A stretch of 45,895 bases of DNA from Calditrichota bacterium (GTDB taxonomy: Bacteria; Calditrichota; Calditrichia; RBG-13-44-9; J075). Shown here piece by piece: positions 35,390 to 44,781 of the stretch. The stretch lies in NCBI GenBank assembly GCA_024275555.1, contig JAJRYW010000383.1, positions 1 to 45,895 of the forward strand. Direction: 5' to 3'. The notes beneath the pieces were generated by a model that saw only the letters and a program-made list of their open reading frames with translations, did no database searches and was not told the origin of the DNA. The position numbers were made by a program, and so were the translations under genes. Every line of letters begins with the position of its first letter. Position 1 is the first letter of the stretch.

Positions 35390-36592
35390 TTATAGTTGCG
35401 AAAGCAGGGTATCCAGGTAGTGGCTTAACTGCAATTCCTTGCTGCCAATCATCAACATGGTGGATTGGGGCTCCAGGTGGGCGGCGAGCAGTTCCGGGAG
35501 ATCCCCGGGGGTTTTACAGCGGACCAGCGTCTTTTTGTTTTTGTTCATACGCTTGATGCCGTCGACGATCCAGGCGGCTTTCTCGCCCACCGAGACAACC
35601 GTATCGATGGGCAGGGCGGCAATATAGTAGCCCATCTTCAAGTGGGCCTCTTTTACCTTGGGCCCGGGATTGCTCAAATCGCCGATCACCAATATCACCT
35701 TCTTCGAAAACGGTTTGAACTGGCAAAGCGACTCGCACGCTTTGGTCGCCGAATTGACGGTGGCGTCGTAGGTATGATCGAGAATATTGACGTCCTTTTT
35801 CCGCACCAAATTCCCGCGATGCTCCATTACCCGAAAGCGATTTTGCAGGGCGTCCTGAATTTCATCGAATTCCACCCCCAACACCCGCGCCACAGAAATG
35901 GCCGTAAGAGCGTTGTAAATAGAGGCCGAACTATAAATCGGCATATGAAAGGGGTAAAAGCCGTTCACCTGAAAACTGATCCCGTCCGGCCCTAAATATT
36001 CGATTTGGTTGGCGTAAAAATGGGCATTCTTGTTCAGACCGAATTTAATGATCTTATGGGTCGTGGCGTGGCGGCCCATGGCGCTGACCAGGTCGTCATC
36101 GATATTCAGCACCGCGCAACCGTCTTCGGGCAGGTTGCGGATCAGCTCTATTTTGGCGTCGGCAATGAGATATTTATCCCCGTTTGAGGCCAGGTGTGCT
36201 TCGCCGATATTGGTGATCACCCCGATATTGGGCTCGGCCACCTCCACCGCCCACTGGAACTGTTTGGGATCGACGATCCCCAACTCCAGAATAGCCAGTT
36301 GATGAGATTCGCGGAGGTTTAACAGGGTGGAAGTAACCCCGGACGTGCTGGAACAATCCGGAGGGGTTTCCAAAATATTGAAACGCTGTGCCAGAATAGC
36401 GGTCAGCATCCGCTTGGTGGTTGTTTTACCCTCGCTGCCGGCGATGCCGATGACCGGGATATCATACTGGCGGCGGTTGGAGCGGATTTTGCGCAGGTTA
36501 AGGCGTATATATTCTTCGGCGTCCCGCTCCGGCAAGAGCGATATTTCTTCCGAATACAGCTTTTCAGTATTTTGTTTTTTATCATCAGTCAT
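35390..36592 (-). CDS. Mur ligase family protein, MurF-like but lacking the usual N-terminal domain
   Basis: The P-loop is VIGIAGSEGKTTTKRML. Further motifs are ITNIGEAHL, NIDDD and ILDHTYDATVNSATKA (compare MurF DDSYNANP), plus a C-terminal VIGDL...H segment. The protein is 400 aa. Confidence 0.7.
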   Translation of the reverse strand: MTDDKKQNTEKLYSEEISLLPERDAEEYIRLNLRKIRSNRRQYDIPVIGIAGSEGKTTTKRMLTAILAQRFNILETPPDCSSTSGVTSTLLNLRESHQLAILELGIVDPKQFQWAVEVAEPNIGVITNIGEAHLASNGDKYLIADAKIELIRNLPEDGCAVLNIDDDLVSAMGRHATTHKIIKFGLNKNAHFYANQIEYLGPDGISFQVNGFYPFHMPIYSSASIYNALTAISVARVLGVEFDEIQDALQNRFRVMEHRGNLVRKKDVNILDHTYDATVNSATKACESLCQFKPFSKKVILVIGDLSNPGPKVKEAHLKMGYYIAALPIDTVVSVGEKAAWIVDGIKRMNKNKKTLVRCKTPGDLPELLAAHLEPQSTMLMIGSKELQLSHYLDTLLSQL

Positions 36593-36604
36593 ACGGCTGC
36601 ACCG

Positions 36605-37420
36605 TTATCGGTCAAAGAAATGGACATCCGGCAAATAATCAATCCGGCCGTGATAAAAAAGATACTCGAAATAGAGCCTCATCCCCTCCCAATGGGCCGG
36701 CGCCGGTTCCAGGCCAAATCCGTTTTGCAATCGCTCCAGGTAGTAGACCCAGTTAAGCGTTCCTTTTTGCTGCTCTGCATGGGTGCGGGCAATTCGATTC
36801 AGATTATGGACGCCCAGGGAGCGGGCCAGCCGCAACTGCTCCAGGGGCAGAGCGCCGCTGTTTTCCCGGGGCGCGGCCAGCAGGTAGTGAAAGAAAGCCG
36901 AGTCGGTTTTTTCCCACCACAACTCACAGAGGTCCAGCAAATTGTCCAGTTTTGCGGCGGCAACCAGGGCCGGTTCTCCGCTCAACAGCACTCCCGGGTA
37001 CTTTTCCAACACCTTTTCCGGCTCAGAGAGTGTCTCCAAGATTTGCCATTCCAAATCCAACTCGTAATTTTCCCGGAAGAGAATCCCGGCCAGGGATTGA
37101 TACAGTTGGGAATCCGGCCAGACAGCTACCTGGTCGAAGCGGGTCAGGTTTTCCCGAAACAGCAAACCGGCCCATCCGCACGGCCCGGCCGATAAAACGG
37201 CCGTATCCGGGCAGAGACTCAATTGAACACTATTGCGGGCATATTGCAGGGGAGTAATAAATCCTGCATCCAGTTCTCCGTGCAGTAATCCCTGCAAGGT
37301 TTCCCGGGAAGGCTGCATGACCAGATCAAACGAGTGTTCCAGCAACCCTTCCCGGAGGGCAAACAAGAGCGGTTTTTGGATCAGATTGTATTCAGCGCCT
37401 AATTTAAACTGTTTTTTCAT
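36605..37420 (-). CDS. MqnA/MqnD-like (VitK2_biosynth family, futalosine pathway-type) protein
   Basis: The pattern matches the family: KLGAEYNLIQKPLLFAL ... HGELDAGFITPLQYAR ... DLCELWWEKTDSAFFHYLLA. It resembles the chorismate dehydratase family layout. The call is from memory and is moderate. Confidence 0.55.
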   Translation of the reverse strand: MKKQFKLGAEYNLIQKPLLFALREGLLEHSFDLVMQPSRETLQGLLHGELDAGFITPLQYARNSVQLSLCPDTAVLSAGPCGWAGLLFRENLTRFDQVAVWPDSQLYQSLAGILFRENYELDLEWQILETLSEPEKVLEKYPGVLLSGEPALVAAAKLDNLLDLCELWWEKTDSAFFHYLLAAPRENSGALPLEQLRLARSLGVHNLNRIARTHAEQQKGTLNWVYYLERLQNGFGLEPAPAHWEGMRLYFEYLFYHGRIDYLPDVHFFDR

Positions 37421-37437
37421 CGTATTTCAGAATGGCC

Positions 37438-39486
37438 TCATCCCTCGTTTGCCGGCAGATAAAGGTAGCAGGCCGTGCCCCGGTCAACTTCGCTCTCAAA
37501 GTGGATGATGCCCTCATTCTCTTTCACAATTTGATAGACAATGGACAACCCCAGTCCGGTGCCGAATGTTTTAGTAGTAAAGAAGGGGTTAAAAATATGT
37601 TTCAAATTTTCTTCGGAAATTCCACAGCCATTATCCTGGATCAGGACTTCAACATAATCACGATTTTGCCCCAGCGCAAGCACCGGGGCCGGGACTTTCG
37701 CGCCGTCTTCCTGGCAGAAGATGGGCTGGATTTGTATTTTGATCTCCCCGCCCTCCCGAATCGACTCGATACTGTTCAAAAGCAGGTTTACCAGCACTTG
37801 CTGAATCTGGGCCGGGTCGACAAATACTTCCGGCAAATCCGGGTGCAAAGATTGGATTAACTGGATATTTTGTTCTTTAAACTTTTGGCGCACCAGGCTA
37901 ATTACTTCCCGCAGCACAATTTCGATGTGTCCCGGGCGGCGATTGGGTTTTGGGGGTTTGGCGTAAGAGAACAGGGTGCGCAGCAGGTCGTCCAGGCGGT
38001 TGACCAGGCGGATGATCCGCTGCACATATTCGCTGCGGGGATCATCGGGGCCCAATTCCTCTTCAAACGTCTGTGCCATAGCTTTGATGCCCGCCAGCGG
38101 ATTGCGGATTTCATGGGCGATTCCCGAGGCCATCACCCCTAAGGAAGCCAGGCGGTCTACCCGGCGCATTTCTTCCTGCACCTCTTTGGTGTAGGTGATA
38201 TCCTTCAGCGAGACGATTAAACCGCTCTCCTGGTTCATCTTGTCGGCATAGGGCTGCACAGTAAAACCGATAAGCGTTTTCTGGCCGTCAGGCGCTTCCA
38301 GGGTCAGCTCGGCCCGGTCCGCTTCCCGGATCCCCTCCTGAGAAGCGGCCAGGATCATTTTCACATTGTCCTCAGACATCAACTGAGACAACGGCTGATA
38401 AAGCGCCTCGGCAGGATCAACGTTGAGCAGCTTGGCGCAGTTTTCATTTATATAGCGGATCTTATGATCATCGCTGACCACCATAATCCCAAAATTCAGT
38501 TGATTGATCACCTGGTCCAGAAACTCAAAATAGAACTGCCAGATCGGGTTATCCTTGCTTTTTTTAACCGCCCGGCGGAGATGGGCCAGGTAAAAAGAAT
38601 GCACAATAAAATGGGAGAAATTCTGTACCAGCAGAAAATGAAAATCGGTAAACTGTTCCTGGTCGGACTTGAGCACACACAGCACGTAGCGGCAGCGCTC
38701 CTGCAGCAGCACCGGGTAAATAATTACGGCGCGAACATTGACATTCAGCAGCGCTTTGACGTGGGTGACCAGGGGGTTGTCCGGGGAAATCCGGTTCAGC
38801 ACGGTGGGTTCTTTTAAGCGCACCGCTTTCTGGAGCGGGGGAATCCCATTGGTAGCCATCGTCCCACCGGATTCGGCAAAGTGGGTGGGCTGGGAGCCCA
38901 TCAGGCGCAGGGTGTCGCTGTCCTCAACCTCAAAGAGCAAGGTGTAATGGGATTTGCAAAGTCTCTGCAGCGCCTCCAGCAGGGTTTCCAGAAAAGCCGG
39001 CCGGGGCAGATCAAACAAGATCCGGTGCAGTTTCTGATTGATATCGTCCAGTTGCCGTAAGGCGCTAACCGGGGAAATGGGGTGCAGTAAGCCCGGCTCC
39101 TCCCGGGGCGGCGGCTCTTTTTGGCGAAGCAAATTTTTTACCCGCACCTGGGCGTCCAGCCGGTCAAACGGGACGGTCAGGTAATCATCCACACCCAGGT
39201 CGACTAAGCGGTAGCGCAGCCGGGGCGGGGTTTCCTTGACCAGGGCCAACACGGGAATGCTGCGATCCACTTCCCGGTGTTGCAGGAAGGAGAACCGGCC
39301 AAATTCCTTCTCGCGGTAGGGAATGGTATCCAGCACAATGAGAGCGGCGGCGTTAAGCAAGGTGGGATGGGCGCGGGCCTCATCAATAAACAGGAATTGA
39401 AAAGAATAGCCGCTTGACGACAACGCGCTTTGAAAATAGTTGAAGTTTACTTCTTCCCGGCCCAACAATAGGATGTGTGCTGTCAA
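37438..39486 (-). CDS. Sensor histidine kinase with an N-terminal receiver-like domain, a GAF-like region and a PAS domain (NtrB/AtoS-type core)
   Basis: The H-box is SGIAHEIRNPLAGI and the ATPase motifs are QDNGCGI and GTGLGLSIV. The N-terminal REC-like segment shows IVLDT and DDYLTVPFD. The TTG start at 39486 is preceded by AGAGGAG. Confidence 0.88.
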   Translation of the reverse strand: MTAHILLLGREEVNFNYFQSALSSSGYSFQFLFIDEARAHPTLLNAAALIVLDTIPYREKEFGRFSFLQHREVDRSIPVLALVKETPPRLRYRLVDLGVDDYLTVPFDRLDAQVRVKNLLRQKEPPPREEPGLLHPISPVSALRQLDDINQKLHRILFDLPRPAFLETLLEALQRLCKSHYTLLFEVEDSDTLRLMGSQPTHFAESGGTMATNGIPPLQKAVRLKEPTVLNRISPDNPLVTHVKALLNVNVRAVIIYPVLLQERCRYVLCVLKSDQEQFTDFHFLLVQNFSHFIVHSFYLAHLRRAVKKSKDNPIWQFYFEFLDQVINQLNFGIMVVSDDHKIRYINENCAKLLNVDPAEALYQPLSQLMSEDNVKMILAASQEGIREADRAELTLEAPDGQKTLIGFTVQPYADKMNQESGLIVSLKDITYTKEVQEEMRRVDRLASLGVMASGIAHEIRNPLAGIKAMAQTFEEELGPDDPRSEYVQRIIRLVNRLDDLLRTLFSYAKPPKPNRRPGHIEIVLREVISLVRQKFKEQNIQLIQSLHPDLPEVFVDPAQIQQVLVNLLLNSIESIREGGEIKIQIQPIFCQEDGAKVPAPVLALGQNRDYVEVLIQDNGCGISEENLKHIFNPFFTTKTFGTGLGLSIVYQIVKENEGIIHFESEVDRGTACYLYLPANEG

Positions 39487-39506
39487 ACGGTCGACTCCTC
39501 TGCTAA

Positions 39507-40199
39507 CTATCTTGAGAATATCGACTTAAACTTTTCATAATCCAGAATGATAATTTTTCCTTTTTCTTTTTTCAGGTATCCCTGCACCATCAGCGATTTA
39601 ATTACCCGGGAAATAGTTTCCCGGCTGGTGCCGGCCATGTTGGCCAGGTCCTGTTGGAGCGGCAACTCGGAGATTTCCACCTGCCCCCGGCGGAACAGCC
39701 CGGAATCTTCGGCAATGCGCAGCAGGGTGCTGGCGACCCGCCCGGTGGCGTCCTGCAACGAGAGGGATTTGATGTGTTCGTCGCTTTTGCGAATCCGCTG
39801 GGCAAGTTCTTTGAGCAGATTGATGGCGATCTGGGGGTAATCCCGCAGCATCTGCAGAAAATTTTCCCGGCGGATCACCATCAGTTCGGCTTCCTCGATG
39901 GCGGTGACATTGGCCGAGCGGGTTTGCCCGTCCAACAGCGACATCTCGCCGAAGAAATCGCCTTCGCTGAGGATGGAGAGAATCACCTCCCGGCCGTCAT
40001 CGGAGATGCGGGAAATCTTTACCCGGCCGCTGAGAATGACAAACATGGTGGAACCGATTTCTTCCTCGATCAGGATCAAATTATCTTTATGGTACCGCTG
40101 CTTGCTGGCTACTTGTGAGATTTTTTCCAAATCCTTTTCGCTCAACTCAGAGAAAAGCGGAATTCCCTTTAATACCTGTACATTCATAAAACACCCCAT
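39507..40199 (-). CDS. Crp/Fnr family transcriptional regulator
   Basis: The cNMP-binding domain shows GDFFGEMSLLDG..RSA and the C-terminal HTH is AGTSRETISRVIKSL. The start is either the ATG at 40199 or the one at 40187. Confidence 0.9.
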   Translation of the reverse strand: MGCFMNVQVLKGIPLFSELSEKDLEKISQVASKQRYHKDNLILIEEEIGSTMFVILSGRVKISRISDDGREVILSILSEGDFFGEMSLLDGQTRSANVTAIEEAELMVIRRENFLQMLRDYPQIAINLLKELAQRIRKSDEHIKSLSLQDATGRVASTLLRIAEDSGLFRRGQVEISELPLQQDLANMAGTSRETISRVIKSLMVQGYLKKEKGKIIILDYEKFKSIFSR

Positions 40200-40880
40200 T
40201 TAGTATTGAATAATGTAGCCTTCTATATGAAGTTGGTTTTTTAGTTCTTTTTTGGCCTGCTCGGCTTCGTTCCGGCTGGCATAGCCGCCGACGACGACCA
40301 CATAGAACCGTTCACTGCCGCGCGATTTTTCCAGCACCACCGCGTTGGGATATTTCTCCTGATAACGTTTCTTTTCTTTTTCCGCGCCGCTCTTTAACCG
40401 GAAGGCGCCTAACTGCACCCCAAAGTATGCGGCTGATCGGTTATTCGGCGGCGGGGGCGGCGCAGAACTGCTACGCCGGTCCGATTTCAAGGCGGCCAGG
40501 CTCCGGAAAAACGGCTCATCCTCGACAATGCGCCGGGCGGTCTCATAGTAGCCCTGGGCTGCGTAGTATTGGGAGATTCGTTCGCGAATAATCCGCCGGA
40601 GCTGTTCATTGGAACTCTGCCGGTAGGCGGCAAACATGCGCGGCACGGCCAGGTCGGCCTCCGGCTCCAGGGCGGCCAGGAGAAAGGCTTGCCAATCCGG
40701 GGAAACAATCAACCCCTCTTTAACCAGCTCTTCTAACTCCACCCAATTTTGCTCCCGGTAGAGCTTTGCTAAGTCCTCTTCCTGCCCGATCAGGGAGGCG
40801 CCGATTCCAAAGATCAGGACGAAACACAGCGGTGTTATAAATCGAATGAACATAAGCTTTGGCATCCCGGGCATAGCCAT
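40200..40880 (-). CDS. SPOR domain protein with an N-terminal membrane anchor
   Basis: The C-terminal SPOR pattern is YFGVQLGAFRLKSGAEKEKKRY...FYVVVVGGYASRNEAEQAKKEL. The track start at 40907 is a TTG. ATG candidates are at 40880, 40874, 40865 and 40853, and all of them overlap the lapB 3' end. Confidence 0.75.
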   Translation of the reverse strand: MAMPGMPKLMFIRFITPLCFVLIFGIGASLIGQEEDLAKLYREQNWVELEELVKEGLIVSPDWQAFLLAALEPEADLAVPRMFAAYRQSSNEQLRRIIRERISQYYAAQGYYETARRIVEDEPFFRSLAALKSDRRSSSAPPPPPNNRSAAYFGVQLGAFRLKSGAEKEKKRYQEKYPNAVVLEKSRGSERFYVVVVGGYASRNEAEQAKKELKNQLHIEGYIIQY

Positions 40881-41992
40881 AGAGGCGTTTTGCTGCGATA
40901 TTGACAAACCCTACATTGATAGGTGCGCTCTGCGCCCCGGTTATTGTGATTCAAATTCGCCATCAGTTGATGGGCGGCCTGTTTGTATTGTCCTTTGCTA
41001 AACAGTACCGCAGCCTTTTTAATTACCACTGCCGGGGCGGGTCGCTCCTGGTCCTCCTCAATATGATTCAACACTTCCAGGGCCCGATCATGTTCGCCTT
41101 TTTTGTGGTAAATTTCTGCTAAGGCCAGCCCGGCGGCCAGGCGGTTTTGTTTATTGCTCAACATTTCCTGGTAGAGATTCTCCGCTTCGGCAAACTGCCC
41201 CAGTTCGAACCAGGCTTTTTCCAGTTCCGGAAATATGATATGGGCCTTCTCCGGCAGGTTCTGACAGAATTTTTTCCACGCCTCGACTGCATCATTCAAA
41301 CGAGATTCTTTTAAATACGATTGCCCCAGGTAGTAATAGGCGGCTTCACAGCGGGGGTCTTTTTTCAGCGCGTCTTTAAATTTAATTCTGGCCTCTTTCC
41401 CTTTGCCTGCCTCTTGCAATTCCAGGCCCTGGAAAACCAGGTAGAGCGCCCGCCGCTTTTGGAACGGCTCTGATAAGGAACGCTGGTATTTGCCGGCAAT
41501 TTCTTCTGCCGCGGCCCACTCGCGACGCGCTTCCAAAATTTCCAGCATGGTTTCCACCACCCAGGATTCCACCTTGGGCTGGAGTTCCAATATCTTTTTG
41601 GCAACTTCCAGGCCCTTGGATTTGTGCTCGGATTGCTTATAGTCGCGCAGCAGGCTTTTCAGGATTTTCAGCCGGTCGGTTTTGCTCAGACCTTCCCGCA
41701 GGGTTAGATCGCGGTGAATACGGATGGCATTGCTGATCATCCCCTTTTTGCGGAGTAGATCGCCCAGTCGTAAATAAGGCGCAATTTTTTCACTGTCGTA
41801 GCGGATGGCATCTTTAAATTTTTGAATAGCCAATCCTTCATTCCCCTCGACCAGGTATTCCAGGGCCTCCAGGTAAATATCGCTGCCGGTTTGCTGCTGC
41901 TTTTTTTTCTGAAGCGAAAACCAGATCACCCCGCCCACCGCCAGGGCAACGAGTAAAGCCAGTATAATCTCAAAAAGAGGGCTCTCAACCAT
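40835..41992 (-). CDS. lapB: LapB (YciM)-like protein: TM helix, TPR repeats, C-terminal rubredoxin-type zinc finger
   Basis: An N-terminal TM helix is followed by multiple TPR-like repeats. The C-terminal motif YQCRVCQYRSKTPLWLCPGCQS matches the LapB CxxC...W.CP.C motif. Confidence 0.8.
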   Translation of the reverse strand: MVESPLFEIILALLVALAVGGVIWFSLQKKKQQQTGSDIYLEALEYLVEGNEGLAIQKFKDAIRYDSEKIAPYLRLGDLLRKKGMISNAIRIHRDLTLREGLSKTDRLKILKSLLRDYKQSEHKSKGLEVAKKILELQPKVESWVVETMLEILEARREWAAAEEIAGKYQRSLSEPFQKRRALYLVFQGLELQEAGKGKEARIKFKDALKKDPRCEAAYYYLGQSYLKESRLNDAVEAWKKFCQNLPEKAHIIFPELEKAWFELGQFAEAENLYQEMLSNKQNRLAAGLALAEIYHKKGEHDRALEVLNHIEEDQERPAPAVVIKKAAVLFSKGQYKQAAHQLMANLNHNNRGAERTYQCRVCQYRSKTPLWLCPGCQSLCSFDL

Positions 41993-42007
41993 GCTGTGAT
42001 CAGTCCG

Positions 42008-42364
42008 TTATGTGTTTGTGTGAGGCTCCGGTTGCGCCGCCGGTGCATCAAGTTGGGGCATCTCCTCATCCGGGATGTCATCGATAGATACGTTACGCAA
42101 GTTTTCCAATTCCCGTAACAACTGCTGGTTTTTATTTCGCAAGTCCTTGATCTCGGCCCGGGCCTGTATTACCGAAAGCGCCATAAAAACAGCCCCGATC
42201 ACCGCTCCCACAGTCAGGGTAACCAGAATCACCACTAAAAGGTTTACATTCAAAAAACTGGTGCGAAAGATTTGAATGTCCACGTATTGCCCGCTATTTT
42301 GGGTAAGTATCCACAGGGCCAAAATAAAAATGGCAATTTTTAGCAGGTTCAAAAATATTTTCAT
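42008..42364 (-). CDS. LapA (YciS)/DUF1049-like small membrane protein
   Basis: Two TM helices are followed by a coiled-coil tail (IKDLRNKNQQLLRELENLR). The gene lies directly upstream of lapB. I prefer the ATG at 42362-42364 (MKIFLNLL), preceded by GGAG. Confidence 0.6.
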   Translation of the reverse strand: MKIFLNLLKIAIFILALWILTQNSGQYVDIQIFRTSFLNVNLLVVILVTLTVGAVIGAVFMALSVIQARAEIKDLRNKNQQLLRELENLRNVSIDDIPDEEMPQLDAPAAQPEPHTNT

Positions 42365-42623
42365 AAAGACTCCGAAATACAGGTTAATAAATTTAATAAA
42401 AATAAGGCAAAAACGCCTGAAAATCAAAGGCATTTTTTTGGCGGAATCGAGCCCCGGACAGATTCATCTCCCCGCCCAGTTTCTTCCGCCTTAATTCTTA
42501 ACACAATCCGAATATTTTAGAAATGCGCCCCAATATACAACCATACGGCGGACAGGAAAATTAAGAATTCATTTTTATCCGAAGAGAAGCGGCTTATTTT
42601 TACTTCTCACAGAGGAGGATTCC

Positions 42624-43178
42624 ATGGACCGCCAGGCCTTAAGCAACAGTTCCGAAAAATTTTCCAAAAGCCTCCGTTCGCAATGGCAGATGGTCTTCCT
42701 GATCGGCTTGCTGCCGTATTTACTCTCTTTGCTGCATTTTTTTATGAGCCGTCCCGCTCTGAAGACTTCCATGCTCCCCTACCTCGACAACCTGGATATC
42801 ATCAGTTTTATAATTGCCATGGGGGTTGCCGTAGTAATCTTGAATTTAAAACGGATTTATTTCTCCCGCCGGTTTATCCGTCGCACCTGCGAGGCCCATG
42901 TTCTGCGGGAGAGCGCTCATAATGCAGAGACGGCCATCGAGGAGATTTTCTCAATCCTGCGCAAGAAAATGTTGCTGGTGTGGATGTTAGGCGCTGTCCT
43001 GATCCTGGAAGGAGTGTTTTTCTACTGGCTGACCTATGCCAGCGGAAATATGAATGTCTACTTTATGATCGGGGCGTTTTCGCTGCTGATCAATTACCCC
43101 AGGAAGGAATTGTTCGAGGATATTCCCTGGTACGTGGTCGAGTCGCTTAAAGCCGCTCAGTCTCAGAAAACCGGGTAA
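42624..43178 (+). CDS. Hypothetical membrane protein (about 4 TM helices)
   Basis: The ATG is preceded by GGAGGA. No recognised motif is present. The 3' end overlaps the convergent SufU-like gene by 32 nt. Confidence 0.6.
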   Translation: MDRQALSNSSEKFSKSLRSQWQMVFLIGLLPYLLSLLHFFMSRPALKTSMLPYLDNLDIISFIIAMGVAVVILNLKRIYFSRRFIRRTCEAHVLRESAHNAETAIEEIFSILRKKMLLVWMLGAVLILEGVFFYWLTYASGNMNVYFMIGAFSLLINYPRKELFEDIPWYVVESLKAAQSQKTG

Positions 43179-43599
43179 TCAAGGCATCCAGGGCGCGCCA
43201 GCCCAACAAGACACATTTTACCCGCACAGGGTAATTCAAAACCTCCCGAAACACTGCGAAGCTTCCCGGTAGCGTCCGGGCCGCCCCTGATGACACGCCG
43301 TTGCCAAATACCGACATAATCGTGTCAATCAATTTGCGGATGTCCTCAACCGATTTGCCCGCGGCCATGTCAGTCATCATGGAAGCCGAGGCCAGGCAGA
43401 GCGCGCACCCGCGCCCCTCAAAACGGATATCCTGTAGCTGCGCATTCTCCCCGATTCGGGCGGTCAGCCGTATCTCATCTCCGCAAATGGGGTTTGCCTC
43501 TTCCGCCTGATGGGTGTATTCCTCCAGCCGTCCGTAATTGCGCGGATGCCTGGAGTGCTCCAGAATCAAGTCCTGATACAACTTTTGCGGGTTTTTCAT
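43147..43599 (-). CDS. SufU/IscU-type Fe-S scaffold paralogue (second copy in the window)
   Basis: The motifs NPICGDEIRL, GRGCALCLASASMMTD and VKCVLLGW conserve the SufU Cys/Asp ligand positions, with one extra Cys. Confidence 0.8.
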   Translation of the reverse strand: MKNPQKLYQDLILEHSRHPRNYGRLEEYTHQAEEANPICGDEIRLTARIGENAQLQDIRFEGRGCALCLASASMMTDMAAGKSVEDIRKLIDTIMSVFGNGVSSGAARTLPGSFAVFREVLNYPVRVKCVLLGWRALDALITRFSETERL

Positions 43600-43623
43600 A
43601 AGCGGCGAATAATCCCTCTAAAG

Positions 43624-43654
43624 AAAAACCCCGCCGGATGACGACGGGGTTTTA
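43624..43654 (-). terminator. Rho-independent terminator after the bacilliredoxin gene
   Basis: Minus sense reads AAAACCCCGTCG-TCATC-CGGCGGGG-TTTTT, an 8-bp stem with one mismatch. Confidence 0.6.
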
Positions 43655-43668
43655 AATTGGCAGCCTTA

Positions 43669-44205
43669 TTAACCGTTGAAGCGGGGAATTTTAGACCCGC
43701 AGGAACGGGCGTGAACCACCTGGGCGTAGTGCTCCGGCGGCACCGACGGCCCGGCCGCCGAGCAGTGCTGATCGAAGGCTTCTTTCAACGCCGCCGCAAT
43801 TTCCTCCGGCGAATGTCCCTCGATCATATGGCGGTGCATCATACCGACGACCTGGCCATTTTTAAACAAGGCCATGGCCGGCGAGGAGGGCGGAAACATG
43901 GGCAGATACTTTTCCCGCAGGTGCGCCAGCGCCGCTTTATCCTGTCCGGCAAACACAGTTACCAGGCGATCGGGAATCACTGAGTGCTGTAACGCTTCGC
44001 AGACCCCGGGACGGGCGCTGCCGGCCGCACAACCGCACACGGAGTTGATCATCAGCAGCACAATCTTGTCGTCTTTAACATCAATCGCCTGATCCACCTC
44101 CCCGGGAGTACTGAGTTCCTGAAAGCCGACAGCAATTAATTCATCGCGCATGGGTTGCACCGCGGCCGGATCGTAATTGGGTTGCATCAAATTTGTATTG
44201 TTCAT
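43669..44205 (-). CDS. BrxA/BrxB (YphP/YqiW, DUF1094) family bacilliredoxin with a ~30-aa C-terminal extension
   Basis: The active site INSVCGCAAGSARP, VTVFAGQDK, PSSPAMALFK and IEG...LKEAFDQHC align closely with B. subtilis YphP as I recall it. The ATG is preceded by AGAGGA. Confidence 0.85.
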   Translation of the reverse strand: MNNTNLMQPNYDPAAVQPMRDELIAVGFQELSTPGEVDQAIDVKDDKIVLLMINSVCGCAAGSARPGVCEALQHSVIPDRLVTVFAGQDKAALAHLREKYLPMFPPSSPAMALFKNGQVVGMMHRHMIEGHSPEEIAAALKEAFDQHCSAAGPSVPPEHYAQVVHARSCGSKIPRFNG

Positions 44206-44286
44206 CGGTAGTCCTCTGTGTTTCGTAATAGATTATTAATTGTGTTGCTTACTTAAAAATCGTTCACCACAACCGCAGCAGCAATT

Positions 44287-44610
44287 TTATAACAGGCCTA
44301 ATTCCAGACGGGCTGCTTCGGTCATCATCTCCATATTCCAGGGAGGGTCCCAAACCAATTCCACATTTGCCTCGGTAATTCCGGGAACTTTGGCCACCCG
44401 GTTCTGCACTTCCGGGGGCAACGAGCCGGCCACCGGGCAGGCCGGGGAGGTCAGGGTCATTTTGATAAAAGCCCGATTCTGATCATCTACATGAATGTCA
44501 TAAATTAAACCCAGTTCGTAAATATCCACCGGAATCTCAGGATCGTAGCAGGTTTTTATTGCTTTGACGATTTCCTCTTTCAGTTTTTCTTTATCGGAAT
44601 ACTCGCTCAT
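44287..44610 (-). CDS. DUF59 (SufT/MIP18-like) Fe-S assembly protein
   Basis: IKTCYDPEIPVDIYELGLIYDI ... MTLTSPACPVAG is the canonical DUF59 pattern. I prefer the ATG at 44608-44610, preceded by GAGGAA. The track start is 44631. Confidence 0.85.
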   Translation of the reverse strand: MSEYSDKEKLKEEIVKAIKTCYDPEIPVDIYELGLIYDIHVDDQNRAFIKMTLTSPACPVAGSLPPEVQNRVAKVPGITEANVELVWDPPWNMEMMTEAARLELGLL

Positions 44611-44716
44611 GCTTTGTTCCTCTGTTATCATTGGTTATTGAGACGTGAATTAGTTTCCGAAAAAATGCAATGTATTTGTCTAGTTGCCTTCATGCAATAG
44701 TAATGCCCCCCTTAAT

Positions 44717-44781
44717 CCTTCCCGGCTGGCCGGGAGGGAAACCGGCCTCCCTCCCCGATTTCGGGGAGGGCTGGGGTGGGG
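44717..44781. other. GC-rich twin hairpins with alternative pairing, plus a canonical G-quadruplex motif
   Basis: Hairpin 1 is CCTTCCCGGC-TG-GCCGGGAGGG (44717-44738). Hairpin 2 is CCCTCCCCG-ATTT-CGGGGAGGG (44749-44770). GGGAGGG (44732-44738) can alternatively pair with CCCTCCC (44749-44755). The plus strand at 44763-44781 reads GGGGAGGGCTGGGGTGGGG. Confidence 0.6.
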
